The notes below the pieces were generated by a model, which worked only from the letters and a program-made list of their open reading frames with translations, had not been told where the DNA came from and did not search any database. A stretch of 64,000 nt of DNA from the human T2T-CHM13v2.0 reference genome, Homo sapiens: NCBI RefSeq assembly GCF_009914755.1, contig NC_060926.1, one strand, 5' to 3'. Positions 62,385-64,000 of the stretch are shown here, one piece after another (positions within the stretch are counted from its first letter, which is position 1; each line of letters starts with the position of its first letter). The position numbers were made by a program, and so were the translations under genes.

Positions 62385-64000
62385 TTCCATACTTTCACAC
62401 ACTGCACCTTCTCAGGTGTCACACTCTGCACCCTCCAAGACTTCACACCCTGCACTCTCCCAGCCTTCACTCCCAGCACTTCCCCAGGCTTCACACCCTG
62501 CATCCTCCCAGAGTTCACACCCTGCATCCTCCCAGCCTTCATACCCTGAACCCTCGCCTACCTTCACACACTGCACCCTCCCAGGCTTCACACCCAACGC
62601 CCTCCCCTACCTTCACACCCTGCACCATCACAGGCTTCACACCTTGCACCCTCCCAGGCTTCACACCCTGCACCCTCCCAAGCTTCACACTGTGCATCCT
62701 CCCAGGATTCACACTCTATACCCTACCAGGCTTCACACCCTGCACCTTCCCAGAGTTCACACCCAACACCTCCCCAGGCTTCACACCCTGTACCTCCCAG
62801 GTGGCTTCACACCCTGTACCTCCCAGGTTTTACACCCTGCACTCTCCCAGAGTTCACATCCTGCACCCTCCCAAGCTTCACACCCTGCACCTTCCCAGAG
62901 TTCATACCCAACACCTCTCCAGGCTTCACACCCTGCACTCTCCCAGACTTCACACCCTGCACCTTCCCAAAATTCACACCCCACACCATCCCAGAGTTCA
63001 CACCCTGCACCCTCACAGGATTCACACTCTACACCCTCCCAGGCTTCACACCCTGCACCTTCCCAGGCTTCACAATCTACACCCTCTCAGGCTTCATTCC
63101 CTGCACCCTCCCAGGCTTCACACCCTGAACCCTCCCAAGCTTCACACCCTGCACCTTCCCTGAGTTCACTCCCAACACCTCCCCAGGCTTCACACCCTGC
63201 ACCTCCCAGGCTTCACACCCTGCACCTCCCAGGCTTCACACCCTGCACCTCCCAGAGTTCACACCCTGTACCCTCCAAGGCTTCACACTCTACTCCCAGG
63301 ATTCATGCCCTACACCCTCCCAGGTTTCACACCCTGCACCCTCACAGGATTCACACTCTACACCTCCCAGGCTTCACACCCTGCACCCTCACAGGATTCA
63401 CACTCTACACCTCCCAGGCTTCACACCCTGCACCTTCCCAGAGTTCACACCCACCACCTCCTCAGGCTACACACCCTGCATCCTCCCAGAGTTCATACCC
63501 GGCACCCTCACAGGCTTCACACTCTACACCCTCCCAGGATTCATGCCCTACACACTCCCAGGTTTCACTCCCTGCAACCTCACAGGATTCACACTCTACA
63601 CCCTCCCAGGATTCACACCCTGCACCTTCCCAGAGTTCACACCCACCACCTCCTCAGGATTCACACACTGCACGCTCCTAGGCTTCACACTCTACACCCT
63701 CTCGGGATTCATGTCCTACACCCTCCTGGGCTTCACACCCTGCACCTTCAGAGTTCACACCCAACACCTCCCCAAGATTCACACCCTGCGCCCTCCCAGG
63801 CTTTACACTCTACACCCTCCTGGGATTCATGCCCTACACCCTCCCAGGCTTCACACCCTGCACCCTCCCCCACCTTCACACTCTGCACACTCCCAGGCCT
63901 CACACCCGACACCCTCCCATGTTTCACACATGCACTCTCCCAGGCTTCACACCCAGCACCTCCCCAGGCTTTATACCCTGAACCCTCCCAGACTTTACCC
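62385..64000. repeat. 24-bp (23-25) minisatellite, >60 copies, running off the window end (cccaggcttcacaccctgcaccct)
   Basis: 8-aa periodicity (HPAPSQAS / LHTLHPPR) in the ORFs. tcacaccctgcacc recurs to position 64000. Confidence 0.96.

Noticed and set aside
62176-63681. 501-aa mucin/extensin-like ORF
   Set aside because: GTG start, and almost entirely 24-bp repeat with internal frame switching. No signal peptide or exon context.

Overview
Primate (very likely human) non-coding genomic DNA with no recognisable protein-coding gene. I cannot place the locus from sequence alone. The window is a fairly GC-rich, minisatellite-dense interval of the kind typical of distal chromosome arms. It holds about ten independent tandem arrays (unit lengths 16, 24, 34, 35/37, 36, 58, 68/92 and ~71 bp, plus GT/CA low-complexity tracts), three Alus, one full-length THE1 (MaLR) provirus, several solo MaLR LTRs, MER21, L1M and L2 fossils, MIRs and DNA-transposon relics (MER5, MADE1, Tigger3). 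There is also a 3'-truncated 5S rRNA retrocopy, a small CpG-rich element and several AT-rich, TAAT-dense islands that look like enhancers. All long ORFs in the track come from stop-free tandem repeats or decayed transposon ORFs. The most unusual signals are: (1) a 16-bp-period array with about 21 TGCATG (RBFOX-type UGCAUG) hexamers on one strand at 58.4-59.1 kb; (2) VNTRs that multimerise KLF, E-box and PRDM9-type motifs; (3) a 1-kb stop-free frame in an ancient L2 that still tracks the RT domain; (4) a tailless 5S retropseudogene with target-site duplications. Repeat family calls rest on my recall of consensus sequences, not on a database search. Every functional interpretation is a hypothesis.
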